Below the pieces are notes generated by a model, which saw only the letters and a program-made list of their open reading frames with translations, was not told the DNA's origin and ran no database searches. Below, in pieces: positions 26,834-36,565 of a stretch of 64,000 bases of DNA. Position numbers and translations under genes: made by a program. The DNA lies in IMG/VR virus record IMGVR_UViG_3300046557_000419, positions 1 through 64,000 of that record; one strand, written 5' to 3'. Within the stretch, counting starts at the first letter, position 1. Each line of letters starts with the position of its first letter. This DNA comes from an uncultured virus (IMG/VR IMGVR_UViG_3300046557_000419). Its lineage: Duplodnaviria > Heunggongvirae > Uroviricota > Caudoviricetes.

Positions 26834-27417
26834 TGAGCAAGATCGTCGACTTCCGCAACCGGATCATCGACTTTGTCAAAGCCCTGTACCCCGACATGGA
26901 TGTCGACTGGTACGACGGCCAATTCGACGAGCACGACATCGCAGAGTGGACGGTAAAGACGCCGTCCGCCCGTGTCGCTGTGATGAACTCGACCGGAGAC
27001 CACGAGGTTACCGGAGAGTTGAACGCGCGGCTCCGTGTCGTGATCGTCATCATCGACGAGAACAGGTTTGTCGCCCTTGATGGCGACGCCCGTGCCTGGG
27101 AATACGTCGAGACCATCGCCATCGAGGCGAACCTCAATAAATTCGGCGACCCGAATGCGGCGCCGGCAACCATGGTCAAGTTCCGCAGGCTCAGCCAGCC
27201 AGTCCTCCGCCGCGAAGGCGTGTCGATCGGCGTCGTGGAATGGGAGAGCGATCTCACCATCGGCCATAACCGAGTCCTCGCCCGCGACTTTTTCTACGAC
27301 CCTGCCACCGGACAGCGCATCAACCAGCTGCCGCGGTCCAATCACACGCGCGGCCACGTCCACATGGCGGACGGCAAGCAGAACGACGAGCAGACGGACT
27401 TCACTGTCGAGGAGTAA
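26833..27417 (+). CDS. Probable tail terminator protein
   Basis: Position and size. Confidence 0.55.
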   Translation: MSKIVDFRNRIIDFVKALYPDMDVDWYDGQFDEHDIAEWTVKTPSARVAVMNSTGDHEVTGELNARLRVVIVIIDENRFVALDGDARAWEYVETIAIEANLNKFGDPNAAPATMVKFRRLSQPVLRREGVSIGVVEWESDLTIGHNRVLARDFFYDPATGQRINQLPRSNHTRGHVHMADGKQNDEQTDFTVEE

Positions 27418-27419
27418 CA

Positions 27420-28847
27420 ATGAGGGCACTTCTGTCGATCGAGCGACGCATGCAGGATCTCGAACGCAAGTTCGAGAACAAGGAGCGCCTCGGTAAGGTC
27501 GTCCAAGTCAAGTACGAGAAGGACCGCTGGTACGTCAAAATGAATGACGGCCAGGACCAGACCCCGAGCGGGTCTCAGTCCAACGCTGACCCCATGGGCG
27601 GCGAGGGCACTGTCCGCAGCGACTGGCAGCCGTGGCAGAGCTTCTCTCACGGCACTATGAAGTTCTCCGTGCCCCCGAAGGTTGGTCAGGAAGTCCTGAT
27701 GCGGTCTGTCGGCGGACAGGCTGAGCTATCGACCGTCGAGCCCTTCCACTACGGTCCGAAGACCCCGTCCCCGCACGGCAAGCAGGACGAGTCAGTCGGC
27801 CTGATCCACGAGAAAGAGGATCAGCAGCACTGGCAGCACCAGACCAAAGACACCAATCATCTGATCATCAAGTCCAAGAAGAAGTCCGGCGGCATTGGCG
27901 GCCTGGGCGACATCGGCGGGCTCGGTGACCTGGCCGGCATGGGTCAGCTGGCAGGCCTGAGCGGCATGGACTTCTCCAGCATGCTCAGCGGCCTCGGCGG
28001 CCTGGACCTCGGTGCGCTTGGCAACATCGCCTCGCTTTCCAGCCTGGGCAACCTCGCGAACCTCGATATCTCGAGCCTGGCGAACCTCTCGCAGCTGGCG
28101 AGTGTTGTGCCGCAGCTCGGCAATCTGTCGCAGCTCACCAACATCGCCAGCATCGGCAACATCGCGAAAATGTCGGGCCTCCCCGACCTCGCCCAGCTCG
28201 GCAACATCCAGGGCATCGCAAGCCAAGTCACTTCCGGCAACCTTCTAGGTTCGGTCGGGAGCATGATTGGCGGCGGCGCTGGTGGCGGTGCCGGAGTCCC
28301 GGCGGCGATGGGCGGCCAGCAGAAAGAAGACGCGCCCAAGCTTCCCGAAGTGCCGGAAGAGGGCGACGACGGCGTCACGCAGATCAAGTCGACAAAGGAG
28401 TTCATCCTCAAGACGGTCGGCAAGAGCAAGTCGTACTACCGGCAGGACGAGAAGCTGGTCCACATTCGGTTCGGTGAGGACAAGGCCAAGGCCGACATTC
28501 TCATGGACGAGAACCAGGTCAAGATCCAGTTCAAGGACAAGAAGGCCGTCGTCACCTGGAAAGAGGACCAGCTGAACGTCACCTACGGCGAAGACCAGTC
28601 GAACATCAAACTGTCCGACGAGGAGATCGTCATCACCCAGGGCAAGGACGCCTCACGGGTCACGATCCAGCAGGAATACGTCGAAGTGAAGGGCGCCAAT
28701 GAGTGCGCTGTCGGCGTGGACGGTCGCTGGGTCAACATCAGTCAAACGCGAGTCAATCTCGGAGTGAGCGGCCCGAAAGAGCAGGCTCAATTCAAGGTCA
28801 TGACGGAGGGTGGTCCATCCGAAAGGGTCTGGGCCAACATCTCCTAA
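27420..28847 (+). CDS. Baseplate spike gpV with low-complexity insertion
   Basis: SDWQPW...PPKVGQEV OB-fold; C-terminal beta repeats. Confidence 0.8.
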   Translation: MRALLSIERRMQDLERKFENKERLGKVVQVKYEKDRWYVKMNDGQDQTPSGSQSNADPMGGEGTVRSDWQPWQSFSHGTMKFSVPPKVGQEVLMRSVGGQAELSTVEPFHYGPKTPSPHGKQDESVGLIHEKEDQQHWQHQTKDTNHLIIKSKKKSGGIGGLGDIGGLGDLAGMGQLAGLSGMDFSSMLSGLGGLDLGALGNIASLSSLGNLANLDISSLANLSQLASVVPQLGNLSQLTNIASIGNIAKMSGLPDLAQLGNIQGIASQVTSGNLLGSVGSMIGGGAGGGAGVPAAMGGQQKEDAPKLPEVPEEGDDGVTQIKSTKEFILKTVGKSKSYYRQDEKLVHIRFGEDKAKADILMDENQVKIQFKDKKAVVTWKEDQLNVTYGEDQSNIKLSDEEIVITQGKDASRVTIQQEYVEVKGANECAVGVDGRWVNISQTRVNLGVSGPKEQAQFKVMTEGGPSERVWANIS

Positions 28848-28859
28848 CGAAAGAGACCA

Positions 28860-29114
28860 ATGATCAAGAAAAAGAAAAAGTACGTGGTCGCTGCGCCGTT
28901 TTGGCACGACGGCATCCTTCTCGCGAAGGACTCCGTTATCTGGCTCTTCCCCAAGGAAGCCAAGTACCGGGCGCACGCGCTGACCGAGGAGCAGACGACC
29001 GCATCCTCGGAGCCCGCCGCTCCCGCTGCCGAGGCCAAGCCAGTCAAGCGCAAGCCCTCCACGGCTGTTGTTGTGGAGGAGGCGCCGGCCAATGGCGACG
29101 ACAACGTCAACTGA
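28860..29114 (+). CDS. Hypothetical protein
   Basis: 84-aa ORF in the baseplate operon. Confidence 0.6.
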   Translation: MIKKKKKYVVAAPFWHDGILLAKDSVIWLFPKEAKYRAHALTEEQTTASSEPAAPAAEAKPVKRKPSTAVVVEEAPANGDDNVN

Positions 29115-29454
29115 GCACCTCATCGACGTCGACCGCTTCACAGGGGCGTTGATCCAAGGCTGGGATCGTATCAGCCAGAGCATTTACGTCATCCTCACCA
29201 CCAGGCTGCGCACCAGGTTGATGCGCCAGTGGTGGGGATCGAAGTTCATCGACATGCAGGACAAGCCTGGCAACCAGGAAGTCCTGATGGCCGGCATGAT
29301 GGCGGCGATTGCCGCGATCAACAGCTATGAGCCCGAGTTCAAGGTGACGCGGGTCTCGATCGATGAGTTCGATGCTTCAGGGGAGATCACGATCACCATC
29401 GAGGGTGTCGACCTCGTTGATGCCGCACTCAAGCGGGTCAAAGTAAACATCTAG
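29092..29454 (+). CDS. Baseplate protein gpW/gp25
   Basis: ISQSI..ILTT...TRLMR..WGS; YEP. Confidence 0.9.
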   Translation: MATTTSTEHLIDVDRFTGALIQGWDRISQSIYVILTTRLRTRLMRQWWGSKFIDMQDKPGNQEVLMAGMMAAIAAINSYEPEFKVTRVSIDEFDASGEITITIEGVDLVDAALKRVKVNI

Positions 29455-29464
29455 CGAGGGTCCA

Positions 29465-30343
29465 ATGCCCAACTACACGTCGCCCGCGCTGTACATCGAC
29501 TTCGCGCGACTGCCGCCCCCGGACGTCATTGAGACGATCGAATACGAGAGCCTGGTCCAAACCTATAAGGACCAGGTCCTCGCCAAGAACAGCAAGCTCG
29601 CGGCGGCTCTGAACCTGGAGCAGTCACCCACCAACATCATCCTGGAGGCTGAGGCCTACGGCGAAATGCTGGTGCGGGCCCGCGTCAACGCGGCGGCTCG
29701 CGCCGTCATGCTGGCCTTCTCCAAGGGGGCAGACCTCGACAATCTTTCCGCATTCTTCGGCGTCGAGCGCGCCGCGGGCGAGACTGACGACAGCCTCCGC
29801 CGCCGCGCGCAGATGGCCCCTGAGGCCTTCACGACCGCCGGCTCGGAAGGTGCCTACATCTTTCAGGGCCTGACCGCCGATCCCGTCAATGTTCGGGACA
29901 TCACCGCGGTCAAGATGAACGACAAGGGCGGCGTCAGGATCTGCGTAATGGCCTCCGGAAGCAATCCGGTGCCGGCCACCGACGTCATCCTGAAGGTCCG
30001 CGACCGCCTCAATTCGAAGGGCATCAAGCCGCTCACCGACGTGATCAGCGTCGTGCCGGTCAAGGTGATCCGTACAAAGATCGTCGCGAACATCTCGCTC
30101 TATCCCGGCCCGGACGCAGCATTGGTCATGGCAGACATCGGCACCGCCCTGAGCAAGGTGCGCGCTAACGTCTCGCTGATCGGCCGCGATCTCACCCGGT
30201 CCGCAGTCATTTCAGCCCTCAACCAGGAGGGTGTTCAGTCCGTCGATCTGATCTCGCCGGCCGAAAACGTCGTGATCGACACTGACCAGTGCGCCCTCAT
30301 CGAGAGCGCCGCGATTACGCCGCTTCAGCTCAGGGTGGAGTAA
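29465..30343 (+). CDS. Baseplate J protein
   Basis: LPPP; RVNAAA...MLAF..GADLD; TAGS.GAY; PLTD. Confidence 0.93.
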   Translation: MPNYTSPALYIDFARLPPPDVIETIEYESLVQTYKDQVLAKNSKLAAALNLEQSPTNIILEAEAYGEMLVRARVNAAARAVMLAFSKGADLDNLSAFFGVERAAGETDDSLRRRAQMAPEAFTTAGSEGAYIFQGLTADPVNVRDITAVKMNDKGGVRICVMASGSNPVPATDVILKVRDRLNSKGIKPLTDVISVVPVKVIRTKIVANISLYPGPDAALVMADIGTALSKVRANVSLIGRDLTRSAVISALNQEGVQSVDLISPAENVVIDTDQCALIESAAITPLQLRVE

Positions 30344-30346
30344 GTC

Positions 30347-31564
30347 ATGGCGACGTTTCCGACGCGCCGGATGGATCACATCCTGGCGCCGAACGCTACC
30401 GAGTACGAGCGCACGCTGGCTTCTCAGGTCGATCGTCTGCTCGATCTGAACATTCCGATCCGGCTCCTTTGGAACCCTTGGGAATGTCCGGAGCACCTGC
30501 TGCCTTATCTGGCATGGGCTCTCTCGGTCGATCTCTGGGACTCTTCTTGGCCGATCACCAAACGTCGAAGCGTCGTCGCGAACGCCATCAAGCATCATCG
30601 CCTGAAGGGCACGCTGCAAGGCATTGAGACCTATCTCGATCTCGTGGACAGCAAGCTGCTGAAAGCAACCACGCCGCCGGCCACACTGTTCTCCGGCCCG
30701 TCGCTGACGAAAGATCAGCGCGAAGCCTGGCTCGCCAAGCTGCCGCAGGTGAGGGTGTGGAATGAGTACGAAAATTCGACTGACGGCTATCGGATGTTCA
30801 TGGGCGGTCAACGCGCCCATCGCTTCCTGAACGGCAAGTTCCCATATCCGAATGGAGCTGAAAGCCGCGCCGCTCGCCGAGCGCGTTGGGTCGTTAACGG
30901 CACAGAGACAGACACCAAGGTCGACAATTTCGGGGCCTACTTCCGGCTCTTCATCAAGACCCGGTTGCCTTACTCTCTCTTCTGCAACACTCCAATGCGG
31001 CAGAAGAAGAAGTTCCCGATCCCGTCCACCGCTTTCAAGCGGGTGGTGACGATCGAGCCGATCCAAACGGCGCCATGGCGTAGCACGGTCGGCCCTCAAT
31101 TGGAGCCGGTCCAGGCGCAAGCCGAAATGGTCACGCAGCCCGGTCACGACACCGGGGTCGCAGTTTACTCCAACAGGGTGAACTACAAGAAGCATTTCGT
31201 CCCGTCTCGCGCCGGCACCCGCGTTTTCCTGCGCTACCCGGTGTACGACGCTTCGGTCGAATACCCGGCAAAACGACCCTCGATCCAGTTCATGGGCGTT
31301 GGCCGATACGGCATCAAGCCGAAGACGGCCGAGTTGAAGGTCGCGATGTCAACGAAGTGGAGCCGGTACAAGGCTCGCCTCAACGACACCTTCGTGCCCA
31401 GGTCCCGCTTCTGGACTCCGCATGATGGAACGCTGATGGCGAAGAACAGGCAGGCGATCATCGCCGCCAAGCGCCTCTCCGACCAGATCGTGCTCGACAC
31501 CAACACCAAGCCTGGGTTTATCGCCGGCCTGCCTCGCTGGGCAGGCGATCCCATCGTCATCTGA
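30347..31564 (+). CDS. Tail protein I (P2 gpI-like, extended)
   Basis: CPEHLLPYLAWALSVD.W; HRLKGT. Confidence 0.9.
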   Translation: MATFPTRRMDHILAPNATEYERTLASQVDRLLDLNIPIRLLWNPWECPEHLLPYLAWALSVDLWDSSWPITKRRSVVANAIKHHRLKGTLQGIETYLDLVDSKLLKATTPPATLFSGPSLTKDQREAWLAKLPQVRVWNEYENSTDGYRMFMGGQRAHRFLNGKFPYPNGAESRAARRARWVVNGTETDTKVDNFGAYFRLFIKTRLPYSLFCNTPMRQKKKFPIPSTAFKRVVTIEPIQTAPWRSTVGPQLEPVQAQAEMVTQPGHDTGVAVYSNRVNYKKHFVPSRAGTRVFLRYPVYDASVEYPAKRPSIQFMGVGRYGIKPKTAELKVAMSTKWSRYKARLNDTFVPRSRFWTPHDGTLMAKNRQAIIAAKRLSDQIVLDTNTKPGFIAGLPRWAGDPIVI

Positions 31565-31639
31565 TCATAAACCGATGCACATAGGCCCATCCTTCCGCGG
31601 GGGAGGGTGGGCGTCTTCGTGCGCAACGAGAGACCTTCA

Positions 31640-33907
31640 ATGGACCGCAAAGTAATCTTCCGCGACTATCAGGAGCAGGTCGCGACCGACCACAATAACC
31701 TGCAGGACTACGTGCAGGCGGCGATGGACAACATCGTTTCCGACGCGGTGAGCGCCAGCCGGAAGTATTCCGGCCTGATGGTCTCCAAGACCGGCCAGGT
31801 CGAAGTCACCATCGGTGCAGGTCGCATTTACGACATGGGCGCAGTCTACGGACGCCGCTCTGTCCTGACGCAGTCGCTCGCCACCTACGTGGCCGCCGCT
31901 GCCCGCCGCATCGTCACCGTCTCGGCCTTTGGCCAGGAAACGGAGACGGACATCGAGACGCGAGACTACCTGACCGACGTCGACACCGGCACGGTTGAGC
32001 CGCGCGCTGTGTCCATGACGGACTCCCGCGACGTCCAGTTGGTCTTCACGGCCGGCGCAGAGGCTGCTGACCCGGTCCCCCCGGCAATTCCCGCGACCCA
32101 CGTCGTGATCGCCAATGTGATGCTGGACACCACGCAGGTCATCTCGATCGACATGCAGGACCAGAACGCGGTCGTTTCGACCGACGCTCTCGACCTCCGC
32201 ACCGATCTGCTGGAAGCCTTCCGCTCCATCATCGAGCCGCGCGTTACCTCGCTTGCGTCCGATCTTGCGGACCTCGCCAACCGCGTCACCGGCCTGAGCA
32301 GCCAATCCGATCTGTCCCGCGTGTACCTCGATCTGGCGCGCGTGAAGGAGAGCCTGCGCTATCCGGACGACGCTTCCGGCTTCGACGCTGACTTCTTCCT
32401 GCTGCCGAACAAGTCGGACTACAACAACACCAAGCTGCTCGGATACGACGCGAAGGTCCAGGAGGGCATTCGCTTCAACGATGCCAACGCCAACCAGTTC
32501 GAAATTTCGCTGTTCTCGGCGAACGACCCGAACGCGGCGGCGGCCGGCGGCTATCTGATGCCGAAGTACAGCAACGTGCTGAAGATCCAGACCGGTTCCT
32601 ACACCGAGTCGCTCGGCATCGCGCAGTACGGCTACCAGGTGCATTCGATGAAGGTGGGCTACATGGCCCGCTCGCGCATCCGCTACGGCGGCAGCTACAC
32701 GGTCTGCACCAACGGCAACAGCTACGGCACGCCCGGTGAAGCTGTCCCGGCGACCAATTTGTACGACTTCTCCTCGGTGGAGTTCTCGACGGTTCAGAAC
32801 AACGGCGCGACCTGGGATCATCCCTACGCCTGGTCCCGCACCGACTACTACTGGCTCGACACCTGGCAAGAGCCGTTCATGTACGAGGTCACCACGAACC
32901 TCAACATCACGGGCGCCCAGGTTGCGCAGACCTTCCTGGTCTCGAACGACATCATCGCGACCCAGATCGGCTTCTACATCTCGGCCAAGGCCGCGAACGA
33001 AGACATCCACATCGCGCTGTGCGAAGTGACTGCCGGTCAGCCTGACCTCGAAAAGGTCTGTCTGAAGACGACCTACGCTCAGGCAAACATCGTCACGGGT
33101 TGGAACCTGTGCCCGATCCAGCCGACCTTCCTCGCGAAGGGCAAGCGGTATGCCTTCGTGTTCATTTCGAACGCGAACCACCAGATCGGCATGACCTCGG
33201 GTCAGTCCTATCTGGACGGCACGTTCTTCTACTCGACCGATGGCATCTACTACATGGGCGACCTGACCAAGGACATGATGCTCCAGGTCTACGGCGCTCA
33301 GTTCGCTTCGTCTCAGGTCGCGATCGAGTTCGCTCCGATCAACCTCGATGGCGGCTTCCGGGATATCGACATCCTGGCTGAACAGTGGGTGCCCGGATCG
33401 TGCGAGCTGATCTACGAAATGCGGCCGAACGGTACCGGTCAGTGGCAGCCTCTGATCTCCGACAATGCCGGAGTTCTCGCAGTCGCTCCGCCGCTCGCTC
33501 AGTTCAGGGCTCGCTTCGTCGGCACCACCGACATGATGCCGATCCTGCATCTGACCGGATCGCGCGTCAGCGTGTCGCGGCCGAAGACGGTGTTCAAGCA
33601 CGTCTCGACCACGATGACCGTGCCGGCGATGTCTGCCGTCGCGAACAACCTGACCTTCGTCAACTTGCTCGAAATGTTCGATCCGACGCCGCACACCTAC
33701 GGCATCACGGTTCGAGTCGGATCGACGGATTACAACCCCGTCACGACCGTTTCGAAGGTCAAGGACACGACGGCGAAGCGCTACGAGAAGACCTACACGT
33801 TCAGTCTTCCCGGAGGCACCACGCAGTTCACGGTCTCGCAGACGGGAACCACCAACTCTCCGCAGGTGACGTACCACGTCGCCGAGCGGACCTTCTACAC
33901 CAAGTAA
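31640..33907 (+). CDS. Baseplate/tail structural protein
   Basis: 755-aa ORF in the tail operon. Confidence 0.65.
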   Translation: MDRKVIFRDYQEQVATDHNNLQDYVQAAMDNIVSDAVSASRKYSGLMVSKTGQVEVTIGAGRIYDMGAVYGRRSVLTQSLATYVAAAARRIVTVSAFGQETETDIETRDYLTDVDTGTVEPRAVSMTDSRDVQLVFTAGAEAADPVPPAIPATHVVIANVMLDTTQVISIDMQDQNAVVSTDALDLRTDLLEAFRSIIEPRVTSLASDLADLANRVTGLSSQSDLSRVYLDLARVKESLRYPDDASGFDADFFLLPNKSDYNNTKLLGYDAKVQEGIRFNDANANQFEISLFSANDPNAAAAGGYLMPKYSNVLKIQTGSYTESLGIAQYGYQVHSMKVGYMARSRIRYGGSYTVCTNGNSYGTPGEAVPATNLYDFSSVEFSTVQNNGATWDHPYAWSRTDYYWLDTWQEPFMYEVTTNLNITGAQVAQTFLVSNDIIATQIGFYISAKAANEDIHIALCEVTAGQPDLEKVCLKTTYAQANIVTGWNLCPIQPTFLAKGKRYAFVFISNANHQIGMTSGQSYLDGTFFYSTDGIYYMGDLTKDMMLQVYGAQFASSQVAIEFAPINLDGGFRDIDILAEQWVPGSCELIYEMRPNGTGQWQPLISDNAGVLAVAPPLAQFRARFVGTTDMMPILHLTGSRVSVSRPKTVFKHVSTTMTVPAMSAVANNLTFVNLLEMFDPTPHTYGITVRVGSTDYNPVTTVSKVKDTTAKRYEKTYTFSLPGGTTQFTVSQTGTTNSPQVTYHVAERTFYTK

Positions 33908-33916
33908 GAGGCCACC

Positions 33917-34093
33917 ATGGCAGACACCCAAACGACCCCGCAGATCGATCCGGACAAGCAGTATCGCATCAAGCTGGCTCGCGCGGTCGAGGTCGCTCCC
34001 AAGATTTGGGCGCGCCCCGGCAACGAGGTCACCCTCAAGGGCTCCGAGATCGCCCAGCACGGGGACGCAATCACCAGCTTCGAAGAGGTCTAA
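33917..34093 (+). CDS. Small tail-associated protein
   Basis: GAGG RBS; MADTQTTPQIDPDKQYRIKL. Confidence 0.6.
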   Translation: MADTQTTPQIDPDKQYRIKLARAVEVAPKIWARPGNEVTLKGSEIAQHGDAITSFEEV

Positions 34094-34096
34094 GCC

Positions 34097-35422
34097 ATGG
34101 CGCGCCGGTACGATCAGTACTACCGGGTAAAGCCGAGGGATAACCTCGGCGACCCCGATTATTGGAACCGGCGTTTCGAGGATATCGATCGTCGAGTTTC
34201 TTTCAACGAAGATGGGCTCGACGCCATCGACGGATTGACGGCGTACATTGAGGGCCTCGCCCTTAACCGCCTCGATCTCGTCCTGGCGCCGGCCCTCGAC
34301 AAGATCACGTTGGTGTCCGAGCAGGGGTTCCTGCTCGCTCACTCCAACTCCACGGTAACGCTCGACCTTGCCACGTCGCAGACGTTTGCAATCAGCAACG
34401 CCGCCGAGCGCGAGCTGTTTGCGCCGTCGCCGTATCTGACGATCTGCCGGGAAGGAAGCATGACGGACTATGCGTTCGCCAAGCTTCTGTCATGGGACAG
34501 GAACAGTGGCCAGCTCGTCGTTCAGCCACTGCAGATCTATGGCAGCGCAGGCCCGTTCTCGGACTGGATCATCTATGTCGGAACGGCAGTCTCTCAGGCT
34601 GTTGCTGACGCTCTGACCCAGGCTAAAGCCGCGCGTGACGCAGCGCTCGGTTATCGCGATCAGGCCAGTACGAACGCCGGTCTCACTTCGGCTGATAAGA
34701 CTGACATTGCCCAAATGAAGGCTGACACCCTCGCGGCTCGCGATGCGGCACAGCTTGCAGCGGACAACGCCGGGACGTTCGATCCGACCAACTACGCGAA
34801 CAAGACGTACGTCGACGGGAAGATCGCCAACCTGATCAATGCTGCGCCTGCCGCACTCGATACGCTCAAGGAGCTGTCTGACGCACTCGGTGGCGACGCA
34901 AGCTTCTCTGCAACCATCACGGCATCGCTTGGCAATCGACTCCGCGTCGACGTCAACACGCAGGGTCTGACCACGACCCAACAGGGGAATGGCCGGACTA
35001 ACCTTGGTCTCGGAACGATCTCGACGAAGAACGTCGCAACCACTGCTGAAATTCGCAGCAATACCAACGCTGGTGCTGTGACGGTCGACGGAGCATGGGC
35101 CGCGGCTGGCTTCGTCGAACTTGGAAACAGTGGTTCGGGCAACCTGAACATCGACTGTAGCCAGGGCAGCCGCTTCAGGGTTTTCCTGACTGGCAACGTG
35201 ACGGTGAATTTCATCAACGCGAAGGATGGTCAGACCGTCGATATCCACTTCATCCAAGACGCGACTGGCTCTCGCACGTTGAGCTGGAACGGGAACATTC
35301 AGTTTCCGAACGGGGTGGTCCCCACCGTGTACACGTCGGCTAGTGCCTACGCGCTAATCTTCACGGGCATCTATTCTGCGATCAATACGCGGTGGCTCGC
35401 CGCGGGCTGGAAGGTCAACTGA
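34097..35422 (+). CDS. Tail fibre protein
   Basis: APAALDTLKELSDALG.D and QQGNGRTNLG motifs. Confidence 0.85.
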   Translation: MARRYDQYYRVKPRDNLGDPDYWNRRFEDIDRRVSFNEDGLDAIDGLTAYIEGLALNRLDLVLAPALDKITLVSEQGFLLAHSNSTVTLDLATSQTFAISNAAERELFAPSPYLTICREGSMTDYAFAKLLSWDRNSGQLVVQPLQIYGSAGPFSDWIIYVGTAVSQAVADALTQAKAARDAALGYRDQASTNAGLTSADKTDIAQMKADTLAARDAAQLAADNAGTFDPTNYANKTYVDGKIANLINAAPAALDTLKELSDALGGDASFSATITASLGNRLRVDVNTQGLTTTQQGNGRTNLGLGTISTKNVATTAEIRSNTNAGAVTVDGAWAAAGFVELGNSGSGNLNIDCSQGSRFRVFLTGNVTVNFINAKDGQTVDIHFIQDATGSRTLSWNGNIQFPNGVVPTVYTSASAYALIFTGIYSAINTRWLAAGWKVN

Positions 35423-36000
35423 TGCTGCTTCCATTCCTCAACCGTCTTCGGGTCGGGTCACTGAAGCCGCAGGTTTTCCCTGGCAGCCAGAGCTTCGGCT
35501 ATGGCTCCTATGCTCCTGTCATCCAGGAATACAACACTCTGGTGTTGGAAATCTGGGGTGCAGGCGGTGGCGGCGGCAGATCCACCTACGGGCCCGGAAG
35601 CGCCGCAACGGCTGGCGGAACAAGTTACTTCGCTGGCCCCTCGACGATCTACGCCTATGGCGGACAGCCTGGCAGCGACGGTTATGATCGAGGCGATGGC
35701 AGCGTTTATGGAGACCCTGGTGCTGCCGGTGGAGCAAGCGGTGGCGACATCAACACCGCGGGCGCCGGCAATCCTGGTGGCGCCGGAGGTGCGTACAACG
35801 ACTCCTTCTTCGGAGGAGCTGGTGGTTACGGCGGCTACGTCAGAAAGACGTGGACGTGGGGACAGCCAGGCGCACCGGTCGTCGGAGTTGCCTACGGCCT
35901 TGTCTGTCAGGCAGGCGGCGCGGGCGGAATCTACGACATTAACGGGCAGCTGAACGGCTACGGCGGCGCAAACGCTTCCGCCAGACTCACATGGAGCTAA
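35422..36000 (+). CDS. Glycine-rich fibre tip/adhesin
   Basis: WGAGGGGG and many Gly-rich loops. Confidence 0.7.
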   Translation: MLLPFLNRLRVGSLKPQVFPGSQSFGYGSYAPVIQEYNTLVLEIWGAGGGGGRSTYGPGSAATAGGTSYFAGPSTIYAYGGQPGSDGYDRGDGSVYGDPGAAGGASGGDINTAGAGNPGGAGGAYNDSFFGGAGGYGGYVRKTWTWGQPGAPVVGVAYGLVCQAGGAGGIYDINGQLNGYGGANASARLTWS

Positions 36001-36001
36001 C

Positions 36002-36481
36002 GTGGAAATCATAGTTGTCCGCGAGACGTCATCCAACGTTTTCGAGGAGCTGCCTTGGGGTGCAACCATCGTCAATGGCGATGTTCTGCACCCGTGGCAG
36101 ATCATTGAACTTTGGAGTGATGCAGATCTCGCTGCCGAAAATATCTACCGGGTCGAACGAGCCCCGGTCCCATCGGACAAGAAGCTGATCAGCTCGACCT
36201 TTGTGCGAAACGCGCAAGGCGTCGTCGAAAATGTGTTGACGCTGGAGGACTTGCCTCCGCCGTCTGTCTCTCCTTGGCAGATCCGGAAGGCGTTGACTGC
36301 AACTGGGCTCAGGCAAGCCGTCGAAGACTTCGTCGCCAGCCAAGATCAGGACGTGCAGGACGCTTGGCAGTACGCCTCTTCGTTCGAGTTCGACAACCCG
36401 TTCTGGGAAGCGGGAATGGCGGCGCTCGGCAAGACCCACGACGACCTCGTGGCTCTCTTCCGCTTGGCCGCATCGCTCTGA
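36002..36481 (+). CDS. Tail fibre assembly-like protein
   Basis: VSPWQIRKAL...WQYA..F...NP...LFRLAASL. Confidence 0.7.
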   Translation: MEIIVVRETSSNVFEELPWGATIVNGDVLHPWQIIELWSDADLAAENIYRVERAPVPSDKKLISSTFVRNAQGVVENVLTLEDLPPPSVSPWQIRKALTATGLRQAVEDFVASQDQDVQDAWQYASSFEFDNPFWEAGMAALGKTHDDLVALFRLAASL

Positions 36482-36520
36482 CCTGATCCTCCGCCCGTAA
36501 CCATCAACATCCACCCCTTC

Positions 36521-36547
36521 GGCCGCCCCTAACCGGGCGGCTTTTTT
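36521..36547 (+). terminator. Rho-independent terminator
   Basis: GCCGCCC-CTAACC-GGGCGGC followed by T6. Confidence 0.85.
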
Positions 36548-36565
36548 CGTTTGGGAGAACCCTAC

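Noticed and set aside
31637..34342. Long antisense ORFs (also 7945-9495, 20445-22091, 36029-38035)
   Set aside because: Shadow frames of GC-biased real genes
34097..36481. DGR or invertible tail-fibre cassette
   Set aside because: No reverse transcriptase, invertase or template repeat seen
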